A stretch of 64,000 nucleotides of DNA from Phyllobates terribilis (GCF_046119375.1 NW_027362764.1:102486001-102550000); one strand, 5' to 3'; positions 1 through 14,171 are shown, counted from the stretch's first letter. The notes: generated by a model from the letters alone, not told the origin. Program-made: numbers and translations.

Positions 1-2191
<2,191 letters not shown>

Positions 2192-2329
2192 ACTGTAAAA
2201 ATGTATCCCAATTTGTCATTCAAACATTTGGTTCATTTAGTGAATGACACATTCGAGTAGAGCTCACTTAATTTCCAGAATCTAAACCTTCCATGGCGTG
2301 CTTGTTTCTGGAAATCATCCATTGAGTTA

Positions 2330-2521
2330 AAATGGTCACTAAACCCATAGATGTATTTCCAGAGGGGTGTCATTTCCAAAATGGGGTCACTTCAGGGGGA
2401 TTCTTTAGTTCTGGTACTTGGCACCTCTGAAAAGTGCCAGAACAGCAGAATCCCCCCTGAAGTGACCCCATTTTGGAAATGACACCTCTCTGGGAATTCA
2501 TCTATGGGTTAGGGACCATTT
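2330..2521. repeat. Imperfect inverted repeat (~88-bp arms) inside piggyBac 3' region
   Basis: AAATGGTCACTAAACCCATAGATG...GGGGTCACTTCAGGGGGATTC pairs with GAATCCCCCCTGAAGTGACCCC...CATCTATGGGTTAGGGACCATTT. Confidence 0.85.
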
Positions 2522-3480
2522 ACCTATCTACTTATTTTCCCACCACTAGATTAATTTATACAGAGGAGTAGATTGTAAAATTCGGTCACTTGTTGGGGGT
2601 TTCCTCTGTTTAGGCACCTCAGGGGCTCTCCAAATGCAACATGGCGTCCGCTATCGATTCCAGTCAAATTTCCATTCCAAAAGTCAAATGGCGCTCCTTA
2701 CCTTCCGAGCCATGCCGTCCGCCCAAACAGTGGCTTTGCACCACATATGGGGTATCAGCGTGCTCAGGAGAAATTGCACAACACATTTTGGGGTCCATTT
2801 TTTCTGGCTGCCCTTGTGAAAATTAAAAATTTGAGGTTAAAGTAGCAGTTTTGTGAAAAAAAGTTAAATGTTCATTGTTTTCTTCCACATTCCAAAAATT
2901 CATGTGAAGCACCTGAAGGGTTAATAAACTTCTTGAATGTGGTTTTGAGCACCTTGAGGGGTGCAGTTTTTAGAATGGTATCAGTTTTGGGTATTTTCTG
3001 TCATAAAGGCCCCTCAAAGTCACTTCAAATATGATGTGGTCCCTAAAAAAATGTTTTTGTAAATTTTGTTGTAAAAATGAGAAATCGCTGGTCAACTTTT
3101 AACCCTTATAGCTTCCTAACAAAAAAAATTTTGGTTCCAAAATTGTGCTGATGTGAAGTAGACATGTGGGAAATGTTATTTATTAACTATTTTGTGTGAC
3201 ATATCTCTCTGATTTAAGGGCATGAAAATTCAAAGTTTGAAAATTGCAATATTTTCAAAATTTTTGCCAAATTTCCGATTTTTTCACAAATAAACGCAAG
3301 TGATATCAAAGAAATGTTACCACTATCATGAAGTACAATATGTCACGAAAAAACAATCTCAGAATCAGGGGAATCTATGAAGCATTCAAGAGTAATTACC
3401 TCATAAAGTGACAGTGGTCAGAATTGAAAAAATTGGCCCGGTCACGAAGGCAAAAACAGGCTCTGGTGCGAAGTGGTTAA

Positions 3481-3850
3481 AAGATTCTGGAGTAGGCCAC
3501 ATAACTATAACTGTGGTTTTGCAGTTCCACGGTTCAAATCTCTGTATTATCCAGCTTTTGGCCTTTTTTCCGTTAAAAAGAAACAGTGTTAGTGTGTCAC
3601 TGACTGTTCAGACTCAAATATATCTGTTTAAAAGATTCTGGAGTAGGCCACATAACTATAACTGTGGTTTTGCAGTTCCACGGTTCAAATCTCTGTATTA
3701 TCAAGCTTTTGGCATTATTTCGGTAAAAAAAACCAGTAATAGTGTCTCCCTGACTGTTCAGACACAAATATATCTGTTTAAAATATTCTGGAGTAGGCCA
3801 CATAACTATAACTGTGGTTTTGCAGTTCCACGGTTCAAATCTCCTATTTA
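3481..3850. repeat. ~150-bp subterminal tandem repeat x3 of hAT copy A
   Basis: AAGATTCTGGAGTAGGCCACATAACTATAACTGTGGTTTTGCAGTTCCACGGTTCAAATCT at 3481, 3632, 3782. Confidence 0.9.
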
Positions 3851-3902
3851 TTACCCTTTTTCCATTGATAGTGCGAGTGTAAGCTATTTTACTTCATTTA
3901 CA

Positions 3903-4965
3903 ATGGGCAAGGCGCGTGGCAAGGGACGTGGAACTGGACGTTCTAGTGATGGTGCGTGTAGAGGACGGGGCCGTGGCCAAGGTGAAAATGTGCCACAACC
4001 AACAGCCACATATTCTCACTCCCACTTCTTGACCGAATTACTAGGGAAGCACACAGCAACACCAGTATTGCGAACTGATCAGTGTGAACAGGTTATTAAT
4101 TGGATAGCAGATAATACTTCCAGTTACCTGGGAACCACCACCTCTGGTCTGTCTTCCACACGGTCAAGTTTTAATAGCCGTGAGTCTCGACCGCATACTC
4201 CTCCTCACCCTGATGCTCCTTCTTCCCACCATGCCGAGTGTCGTCAGACAGCAACTGATCCCACAGTTGGACACTCTGAAGAGCTGTTCACTGGTCCATT
4301 TCCATATTTGTGCCCCTCGCCTGCTCCACTTAAAGTGGTGGAAGAGGAGATCCATGTAGCGATACCCAAATATTTGAACAGCCACGGCCACAGGAAGGCG
4401 ACGCTGGCAATTTGTCACAAGAGGTGGACGATGACGAGACACAATTGCCACAATGTGAGGAGGAGGATCGTGGTGGAAGATGAGGAGGTGGTGTATGATC
4501 TAGTAACTGACCCAATGTGGCAGGAGGGCACGCAGAGCGAGGCCAGCAGCACACAGGGGGAAGGAGGCAGAGTACCCCAACAGGCAGGAAGAAGCAGTGT
4601 GGTGGCCGCAGACAGAAGGCGGGCAATAGTTCCCCGTAACACCAACACGAGGGACGTTGCCAGTACAACTGGTAGGTATTTCAGAGTCTGGAATTTTTTT
4701 AAAGACTCTGCTGATAACCCCAAAAAGGCCATTGGTACCACCTGCCATGCCAGCATCAGCAGGGGTGACAAAACTATCAGCCTGACCACCACCAGGCACA
4801 TGTCAGCAAAGCACCCGACTTTGTGGAGCGAACCCCAGGGTCCACGACCAGTGTCAGCGGGTGTCACCACTGCTTCTTCCACTGTTGTGCGTGTAATAGA
4901 ACCCCCTGCTGTGCGTGCAAGGCAATCCCTTGTCCATACTGCATGCAAAGATGCTAAGTGTATGG
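3903..4965 (+). pseudogene. hAT transposase N-terminal fragment with BED zinc finger
   Basis: MGKARGKGRG start; VWNFF..KAIGTTCHASISRG..RHMSAKHP (first BED Cys is Gly, 3 codons deleted relative to the other copies); truncated after the BED finger. Confidence 0.85.
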
Positions 4966-5032
4966 GCTGACAAACATTTACCCCTGGGGGGTATACATGA
5001 ACATACTGTCTAAAAATTTTTTTTTACAGGCA

Positions 5033-8000
5033 TCATAAACACCCGTTATAAAAATTATGTGGGTGTTGAATCACGGACCACGGTAACCTTACTGATATGG
5101 TGGTGGAGGATGAGGAGAAGGAGGAGGACAAGAGCAAATAGCCAAAATCAGGAAGCGTATACCCATGTGTGGGTGTGAAGAGGTGCATTGGAATACAACT
5201 CCCAAAAAAAGACACTGGATTTGAGTTTGTTACGCTGCAATCATTCGGTGGTGTTGAGAAGCCTGGCCCAATCCAGCCCTTGTTCATTTTTATAAGAGTC
5301 AGCCTGTCAGCATTTTCAGTTGACAGGTGGATGCGCTTATCAGTTATAATTCCACCAGGGCACTAAAAACCCGCTCTGATAAAACGCTAGCGACAGGGCA
5401 GGCCGGGACCTCCAAGGAGTAGAGAGCCAGTTCATTCCACGTATCCAGCTTGGATGCCTAATAATTATAAGGCACAGAGGAATCACGGAGGACGTTGGTA
5501 CGGTCGGCAAGGTACTCCCTCAGCATCTTCTCAAGCTTTGCACTCCTTGTGAGAGTACCCCACGCCTCAGGGCCTGTGCGATGGGAGGGGCTGAGAAAAT
5601 TCTCCCAGAACTTTTGAAAGTGTTCCCCTGCCTCTGCTGGATTGAAGTTGTGTATCTCTTGCCTGTACTCCTTGGTGGTTCAACGAACTGTGACCTGCCG
5701 CCAGCGTTTTCAGATGGGAATTTTTTAATAGTTCCGCAACAAGGGCCTTCTGGTACTGCCCCATTTTTGTAGACCTGTCCGCCTCAGGAATAAGAGATAT
5801 AAAGCTCTCCTTGTAGAGTGGGTCTAGAAGTGTCACCAACCAGTAATGACTGTCACCCAAAATTTTGAGAACACGAGGGTCATGGGAAAGGCAGCGTAAC
5901 ATAAACTCAGCCATGCATGCCAGACTGCTAACAGGCAAGTATTCTGTGTCCTCACCAAGAGGATGACTGACCATGCTCTCCTCCTCCTCTTTGTCCTCTG
6001 GCCATCCACGCTGAACAGACGGTATGACAGTTGTGCAGGTAGTACCGTCTATAGCGCATGAAACTAGCTTCTCCTCCTCCTCTTCCTCATTGTCATCCAA
6101 TCCACGTTGGGATGAGATGAGGCTGGGCTGTGTGTAATTACCCTGTATGGTTCCTTGTCCGCCATCCTATTTGATTGTGAGCAGAGAGTGTTTCAGAAGA
6201 CAGAGAAGCGGGATGGTGACGCTAATTATGGCGTCATCACTGCTCACCATCTTGGTGGAGTCCTCAAAGTTTTGGAGGATGGTACATATGTCTGACCTCC
6301 ATGTCCACTCCTGAGGTCTTATGTGTGGAGTCTGAACTGAATACCGACGGCCTTGTCGATGCTGGTAGTAAACAACTGCCCTCTTCTGCTCACAAATCCT
6401 TCCCAACATCTGCAGTGTAGAGTTCCAACACGAGGGGACATCACACACCAGTCTGTGAGCCGGAAGCTGCAAATGCTGTTGAAGCACGGCAAGGGCGGTT
6501 TAAGCTGTATGTGACTTTCTAAAGTTGGCACACAGGCGGCGTACTTTAACAAGGACATCCGGCTGCTCCGGGTAGGATTTGAGAAACCACTGAACCACGA
6601 GGTTAAGCACATGGACCAGGCATGGTACGTGTGTGAGCTCACCTCGCCTCAGAGCCGCCACCAGGTTCCAGCCATTGTCACACATGACCATGCCTGGCTG
6701 TAGGTTCTGCTGTGTGAGCCACAGATCTGCTTGCTCTTTCAGAGCTGTCCACAACTCTTCAGCATTGTGCGGTTTGTCACCTAAGCATATTAGCTTCAGC
6801 ACAGCCTGTTGCCGCTTGGCTGGGTCAGTGCTGCTGTGCTTCCAGCTTGTGACTGATGTGGTCATTTCGGAGATGGAGAATGAAGAAGAGGATGAGGTGC
6901 AAGAGCTGTAGACTGTGGGGGCAACCCTGAATGACCTAGGGCCCGCAATCCTTGGCATCGGGAGGACGTGTTCCCAAGGTCCGACTGGGTCCCGGCTTCC
7001 ACAATGTTAACCCAGTGTGCCGTCAGCGATATGTACCGTCCCTGCCCACAAGCACTTGTCCACGTGTCCGTGGTTAGGTGGACTTTCCCGGTAACTGCGT
7101 TGTTGAGGGCACGGCTAATGTTTTGGAACACATGATTGTGTAATGCGGGGACAGCACACCGGGAGAAATAGTGGCGGCTGGGGACCAAAAACTGAGGAAT
7201 GGCCGCTGCCATCAGGTTGCGGAATGCATCTGTTTTCACGAGCCTGAAAGGCAACATCTCGAGCGCAAGCAGTCGTGAAATGTGGGAATTAAGTAGTGTG
7301 GCCTATGGGGCGTTGGCTGCGTATTTGCGCTTGCATTCCAAGGACTGGGGTATGGACAACTGAACGCTGCGCTGGGACAAGGACATGGGCGTGCTTCCTG
7401 ACGCTGCTACGAGAGTGTGCAACGACAGGTGTAGGGCAGAAGGCATCTTTGCATGCACCATGGACAGGGGATTGGATTGCATTCACAACAGCGGAAGAAG
7501 CAATGGTGCCACCCGCAGACACTGTTTCTGGACCCTGGGGTTCAGCCCACAAAGTCAGGTACTTTGCTGCCATGTGCCTGATCATGCTGGTGGTGGTCAA
7601 GCTGGTCGTTTTGCCACCCCTGCTGATGCTGGCCTGGCAGGTAGTGCAAATGGCCTTTTTGAGATTATCGGCAGAGTCTTTAAAAAACAACCAGACTCGG
7701 GAAGACCTAACAGTTGTAGTGGCAACTTCCTTCGTGTTAGTGTTACAGGGAACAGTTGCCTGCCTTCTTTCTGCGGCCACCACACTGCTTCTTCTTGCCT
7801 GTTGGGGTGCTCTGCCTCACTCCCCCTGTGTGCTGCTGTCCTCGCTTTGCATGTCTTCCTGCAAGGTTGGGTCAGTTACTATATCATCCACCACCTCGTC
7901 TTCCACTTCCGCACCCTGGTCCTCCTCTTGACTTTCTGGCAATTGTGTCTCATCATCATCCACCTCTTGTGACACTTTCACACCATCGCCTTCGTGTGAC

Positions 8001-8473
8001 CATGGCTGCTCAAATATTTGGGCATCGCTATATGCGATCTCCTCTTACCCCACTTCAAGTGGACCGGGCGAGAGGCCCGAATCTATAAATGGAAAAGTGA
8101 ACAGCTCTTCAGAGTGTCCAAGTGTTGGATCAGTTGTCTCCGGGGACTCAGCAAGGTGGGAGGAAGGAGGATCAGGGTGAGGAATATGCAGTCCAGACTC
8201 ACAGCTACTGAGACTTGATTGTGTGGAAGACAGAGTGGTGGTGGTGGCTAAGTGACTGGAAGCATTATCCGCTATCCAACCAACAACCTTTTGACACTGC
8301 ACTGCGTTCAATAGTGGTGTGCTGTGGTCCCCTAGAAATTGGGACAGGAAGGTCGGGCGATAAGATGTGGGTGTTTCTTGTGGCACAATTTCAGCTTGCC
8401 CACGGCCTCGGCCTCTGCATGGACCATCACCATCATGGCCAGTTCCCCTTCCCTTGCCACGCGCCTTTCCCAT
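5033..8473 (-). pseudogene. hAT transposase (BED + DDE + dimerisation domain), multiply frameshifted
   Basis: MGKARGKGRG at 8473; BED VWLFF..CTTC..RHMAAKY; LTTDTWTS; MCDNGWNL; VPCLVHVLNL; DVPSCWNST; LIKMNKGWI, spread over several frames. Confidence 0.9.
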
Positions 8474-8526
8474 TTTAAATGGAGGACAATATCTTCCACG
8501 CTCACTACAAATGCCTGAATTTGGAG

Positions 8527-8900
8527 CTGTTATATGTAATCCATGTGATAGAGAAACAACAGTTTTAAATACCTGGCCTGTAGGTAACTTTTTTGAACAG
8601 CAAACCGGTGTCGAAAACTTTGCTGACACACTGGAAAAAAAATTGAATGGAGGCCAGAAATGGCAGAATTTTCAGAAAACGTATATGTGATCCGTGTGAT
8701 GGACAAACCACAGTTTTAAATACCTGGCCTGTAGGTAACTATTTTGAACATCAAACCGGTGCCAAAAACTTTGCTGACACACTGGAAAAAAATATTTGAA
8801 TGGAGGCCAAAAATGGCAATATTTTCAGCGCAATTATATGTGATACATGTGATGGACAAACCACAGTTTTAAATAGCTGGATTTTTAGCGCTGTAATATT
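8527..8900. repeat. ~160-bp subterminal tandem repeat x3 of hAT copy B
   Basis: ...GTGATGGACAAACCACAGTTTTAAATACCTGGCC... recurs near 8540, 8700 and 8850. Confidence 0.85.
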
Positions 8901-9361
8901 GAAAGGGCCTGTCTGTATTCTGCAGTGCCAACTAGCAAATGGCGCAGAAAAACGGTGTTCTCTGGATTGCTTTTTAAGCAAATAATGAGGATTAAGATCC
9001 AAGAAAATTATTCCTGGCCCCGGAGACCTGCGCGTTTGTCTAGAAATGTCTAACAGCAGCAGAAACTGGAATGGAGCCTCTTGTGCTATATGCACTGCAG
9101 TCTGTTGTATACACCAACCAATGAACACAGATCGAGGTTTCTTAAAAAATAACAATTCTTTATTTCATTCACAAAAAAACAGAAAAAAAAAATATTAAAA
9201 AAGGCATAAAAGTACAGCATAAATAGGCATCATATGGCATGACCAAACACTCAATTGCATCTTTATTCAGAAGACAGGATAAACAGTACATAGATCTCTA
9301 TAGTGAAAGAATGCCAAGGGATGGTGTTACAATATCGCCATCTAATGGCGACAAGCAACAA

Positions 9362-9539
9362 GTTTTAAATTGAATAAATAGAGAAATTACCTCTTTAATA
9401 TAACTTGCTAAATAATATATGTCCATCCATCATTTGGCCCTTTTGACACCATCAATATGCCAAATGATGGATGGACATATATTATTTAGCAAGTTGTATT
9501 AAAGAGGTAATTGCTCTATTTATTTATTAAATTTAAAAC
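9362..9539. repeat. AT-rich fold-back (MITE-like), ~78-bp arms
   Basis: GTTTTAAATTGAATAAATAGAG...GTCCATCCATCATTTGGC pairs with GCCAAATGATGGATGGAC...CTCTATTTATTTATTAAATTTAAAAC. Confidence 0.85.
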
Positions 9540-9544
9540 CTTTA

Positions 9545-9783
9545 AATTTTGGTCTTCAAAAATGGATGTATGGCCTGAACTAGCCTCTCACGCCTTGGAG
9601 GTTTTATCATGCCCAGCAGCCAGCGTTCTCTCTGAACGTGTCTTTAGTGCTGCTGGTAGTGTCTTGACGGATAAGCGCACCCGGCTGTCCCCTGAAACTG
9701 TAGACCGCCTAACTTTCATCAAGATGAACAAGTCATGGATCTCCAAGGACTTTTGCACCCCAATTGCAGACTGTACAGAGTAG
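9545..9783 (+). pseudogene. hAT transposase C-terminal dimerisation-domain fragment (copy D)
   Basis: FWSSKMDVWPELASHALEVLSCPAASVLSERVFSAAGSVLTDKRTRLSPETVDRLTFIKMN. Confidence 0.9.
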
Positions 9784-9829
9784 GCGATGTTGTCGTTTTG
9801 AATGTGCTGCATTGATCTCTTGAAATTGC

Positions 9830-10489
9830 AGTCAGTGATATGGCTTCTGTGCCTGCTCTTGCTGCTGCAGGTTTTAGGCCCTAATTTTGGGAAATGTGGA
9901 GAGTTCTGATTGTGTCTCCATTCATTGGGTTGGCTGTAGTGGGACAGGTTTGGGTCTGCGTTAAACTACTTGTAGTCTGATGACATTGATGCCACTTCAG
10001 TGGAGTTAGGCCCTCATTTAGGGCAATGTGAACACTCCCGGTTAGGTCTCCATCTTCTGGGTTGGCTGTACTGGAAGAGGTCTGGGTCTTATTTACACTA
10101 TTTCTACTGTAGTCAAATTGATCAGACATTGCTTGTGTCTACCACAAAATTTTTGAAATGTAGAGAATCCTGATTGGGTCTCCATCTATTGGGTCGGCTG
10201 TAGTGGAACTGGGTTAGGCCTCCTTTGCAATACTTATACTCTAGTGAAATTGATGCCACTTCGGTGATGTTAAACCCTCATTTAGGGCAATGTGAACACT
10301 CCTGGTTAAGTCTCCATCTCTTGGGTTGTCTGTACTGGAAGAGATGTGGGTCTCATTTACACTATTTCTACTGTAGTGAAATTGATTACACTTTGCTGGC
10401 GTCTGCCGCTAATTTTTGGAAGTCAGGGGAATCCGGAATGGGTCTCCATCCATTGGGCTAACTGTAGTGGAAGAGGTTTTGGTCTCCAT
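9830..10489. repeat. ~132-bp degenerate tandem repeat (~5 units) 3' of hAT copy D
   Basis: GTCTCCATC..TGGGT..GCTGTA.TGG recurs near 9915, 10046, 10179, 10312, 10442. Confidence 0.8.
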
Positions 10490-10680
10490 TAGTGATGAGC
10501 GAGCACTAAAATGCTCGGGTGCTCGAAGCTCGTGCCGAGCACATCGTGATACTCGGGTGCTCGACCCGAGCAACGAGCCCAATGTAAGTCTATGGGAAAC
10601 TCGAGCATTTTTCTGCCGATCCCCCCCGGTGGTCTGCAGAAGGTCAAAAATTGCCCAAATCGATGCGAACAGTGCTCAAT
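10490..10680. mobile_element. hAT terminus (TIR TAGTGATGAGCGAGCAC plus subterminal CTCGG/CCGAG motifs)
   Basis: Near-identical to 47577-47760; preceded by GTCTCCAT. Confidence 0.85.
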
Positions 10681-10829
10681 GAAGCATGTCAGGCAGGCAG
10701 GCAGAATATATAGGCAGGCAGGGTAGATAGGAGGGTGCATGAAAAACATAGCAGGGCACTGGGAACACACTAGTGCCATCTGATTTTCATGCACCCGTCT
10801 CTTTAAAAAAGCCGGCAATTCAGCAGCCG

Positions 10830-11970
10830 CATACACCGGTACCCGACAATTTAGAACAGAAACAATAGAGCATCACACATAGATTAGATAGATAGAAACA
10901 TGTCAGTCACATATATAATAAGTACAGTGACAGTGTTGGTTACTGTACTTGTCATTTAGTGTTAAAATAAAGGATTTATTTAAAAAAAAATTGGTGTGGG
11001 GTTCCCCGTAATTTTAGTCTCTAGCGGAGGTTAAGCAGACGGCTGGGGAAGATGTTTGAAGCCTGGGAAGGGGGTAATACCCACGGAGCTTCCCAGGCTA
11101 CTAATATCAACCCCAGCTGAATACCTAGCCTTTACTGGCTATTAAAATGGGGGACCCAAAAAAAAATGATGTGGGGTCCCCTTAATTTAATAGCTAGCAA
11201 AGGCTAGGCAGACAGCTTGGGGCTGATATTAATAGCCCAGTAAGGGTGCCATGAATCTTGGCCCCCTCCCAGGCTAGAAACACCAGCCCTCTGCCGCCCC
11301 AGAAATGGCGCATCCATAGGATGTACCAATTCTGGCACTTAGCCTCGCTCTTCCCACTGCCCTGTAGCGGTGGCAGTGGGGTAATAGGGCTGAAGTTGTT
11401 GTCAGCTTATAATACCAGCTGACATCAAGCCCAGGTTAGTAATGGGGAGGAGTCTATAAGACGCCCCCATTACTAACCCCATAGTGAAAGTGAAAAAAAA
11501 ACACCAACACCCAGAAGAAAATCTTTTAATTGAAATAAACAGACAATACTTTAATATTCCAAATTAAACTCTACTTACCATCACGCCCATTCCAGCTGAA
11601 GCCAACGATCTCCTGCACTAAAAGTAAAATAACTAACCAACCTCATCCTTACCTTTCCATGGTTCCAACGACGGCTCCAGCTCTGCTACATCGAGATGGC
11701 AGGCTGGATGTAGCAGAACGCTGCCATCCAGCTTGCCATGCCGCAGAGACACTGAGAAGCCTTGAGCTCCTCTGTGTCTGGCTGTGATGGCATCCAGATG
11801 GACTCGGCTCACCTCATGCACGTTACTGACAGCGTGGGAGAATTCTCCTGCGCATGCGGTGCCGGCAAATGACGTCACCGCTTGAGCAGGAAAATTCTCC
11901 CCCGCTGTCAGTGACGTGCATGAGGTGAGCCAAGTTCATCTGGATGCCGTCACAGCCAGACACTGAGGAG
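10830..11970. mobile_element. Non-autonomous DNA element (MITE-like), one arm plus central hairpin
   Basis: Shares blocks (TTAGTAATGGGG..CCCATTACTAA, CCAATTCTGG) with 55950-56350 in reverse; ends in hairpin 11767-11970. Confidence 0.55.
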
Positions 11971-13985
11971 AGCAAGTGGCGGCTGGGGACCGAGTATGGA
12001 CGCCCGGCCGCCTCCGCCATGAGGTTGTAGACAGCTTCTGCCTCCACGAACCTAAATAGCCATATTTCAAGTGAAAGCAGCTACCCAGAAATCTGGCAGT
12101 TCACTATTGCGGCCTGTTCTGGCTGGCTGCATACTTGCGCTTGCATTCCAAGTAACAGAAAACTAAGCAGATGCTGGCCTCTATCATCATCATGGCCTCA
12201 CCTCGGCACTATGAACTCTCCCGATGGAGAAGCCAGGGCCCACTGGAGGAGTCTCCGGTTCTCTGGTGGGTCTGTCCAACCATGCCGAGAAGCAGCCCTG
12301 GCTAAGAAAAATGTGTGGGAAGGTTCCCAGACACTCTATGGCTTCGTTTTTAATGTGGATCAGACGTGCTTATGCATGTTATTTCTCAAACCGCATTGCA
12401 GATCAGTCCATTGCCCAACTCTGTAGTCATGAAAATAAAGGGCAAAGAAAGATGTTTGTGTGTCGAAGCCCCACCGACAAGTGTGAGCTGATGTTGGACA
12501 GGCTGCATTAGAGGACTTCCTGGGAGAAATGACACCCGGAGTAGATATGGTTTCCCTCTATGCCAGTCCTTTCACTGAGCTAAAGAATATGGCTGTGGTG
12601 AAATACCACTGTCACTGAGAAACAGTGTCAGACTGAAAAACATTGGGCCCACCAAAGGATTTGATTCTGAGGTCCCACCTTTCTCCCCCGCTCTAGAGCC
12701 CCATAGCAGCTGCAAAGTTTGCGCCTATCATGAACTCTGCTGATGGAGAAGCCAGGGCCCACCCGAGGACTCTCTGGTGGACCCATCCAATCCTGCCGAG
12801 AAGCAGCCCTGGCTAAGAAAAGTGTGTAGGAATGTTCCCGGACATTCTATGGCTGCATTTTTAATGTGGACTGGCTTTGTACCGTCCCTGGCCACATTCA
12901 CCTGTCCACGTGTTTGTGGTTAGGCGGTCATTCCCAGTAAGTGCATTGGGGAGGGCACGTGTAATGTTGTGGGACCCGTGCTTGTAGAAGGCGGAGACAA
13001 CACCAGGAGAAATAGTGGCGGCTGGGGACAGAGTATGGACACCCGGCCCCCGCCGCCATGAGGTTGTGGACAGCTTGCGCCTCCACGAGCCTAAAAGGCC
13101 ACATTTCAAGTGCAAGCAGCTGCCCAGAAATATGGCAGTTTACTATTGCGGCCTATGGATGGGAGGCTGGATGCATACTTGCGCTTGCATTCCAAGAAAT
13201 GGGGTAGGGTCAACTGAATGCTGCGCTGGGACAAGGACGTGGACGGTGATTGTTGCAAATCTGCAACGACAGGTGAATGGCAGGAGAGGTATCTTCACAA
13301 GCGCCAAGGATCACTTATGATGGGCACACTTTTAGGCAGTGACCTGGGAGTCAGAGATGCTTCCAGGGGTCTTCCCCATGCTGTTCCCATGTCTTTTCAG
13401 CACTGTATGCATGTGTCTGATGATGTGTCCCACACCACATGGCCAGATAGGGTTGTAAAATGTTAAAATGACATTTGCCAGTGAATGCATTTGTCTTGCT
13501 TGAAAGCAATGGGAAAGTGCAAAAAACGCATCAAAAACGCTACGTGTGAACATAGCCCAAGGTGTGGAGGAGCATTTTTGTTTTTGGCTATTTATTTTGC
13601 CTTATATACAAGTCATTACCCTGGAAAGGATGTTCTTTAACATATTTCCCAGGAAAATACATTTTGGTTTCATTTTTGCATGTTTTATTATGAGTCCGGA
13701 AAAGTGGCGTAATACCTCTGACAACATTGTTGACAGCAGTGACCTGGGAGTCAGAAATGCTTCCAGGGGTCTTCCCCATGCTGTTCCCATATAATTTGAG
13801 CACTGTTCCCATCTATTTGGGCAATTTTTAGGCCCTCTGCAGACCGCCGGGGGAGCCGTCGGAAAAATGCTCGAATTTCCCATAGACTTACATTGGGCTC
13901 GTTACTCGGACCGAGCACTCGAGCATTCCAATTTGCTCGACTCGAACAACGAGCACCCTAGCATTTTAGTGCTCGCTCATCACTA
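11971..13985 (+). mobile_element. hAT 3' terminal region with internal duplications, ending in TIR ...GTGCTCGCTCATCACTA
   Basis: 13320-13985 is the reverse complement of 47577-48220; carries minus-strand transposase fragments at 11971-12150 and 12885-13270; 12210-12340 is duplicated at 12730-12870. Confidence 0.8.
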
Positions 13986-14171
13986 GTAATGAACAATATA
14001 ATACAAGTAATATCAGTAAAGTGCATGTAATAAAAGGCAGAGAGCAGTACAGTTCATGTAGCACAGGTAGAAAGTAGCACAGTACATATATTACAGTCAG
14101 AGAGCAATACATCCAATGTTGGACATGTAGAGGGCAGTACAGTACATGTAGTACAGGTAGAAATTGGCACA

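Larger units (their letters stand above)
3481..4965 (+). mobile_element. hAT (Ac-type) transposon copy A, 5' part only
   Basis: Reverse-complement match to 52990-54690 of the bounded hAT at 47577-55338 (subterminal repeats, N-terminal coding region, BED finger). Confidence 0.85.
5033..9110 (-). mobile_element. hAT transposon copy B (diverged subfamily), termini lost
   Basis: Collinear with copy C (50600-54900) through the transposase, subterminal repeats and CCTGGCCCCGGAGACCTG motif near 9013. Confidence 0.88.

Noticed and set aside
3408-4970. 520-aa ORF as an intact gene
   Set aside because: It starts in the piggyBac end and runs through tandem repeats. The real ATG is 3903, ~4350-4470 is out of frame relative to the other copies, and the BED finger is damaged.
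10490-13985. Single intact non-autonomous hAT insertion
   Set aside because: The flanking 8-mers differ (GTCTCCAT vs GTAATGAA); kept only as a composite.
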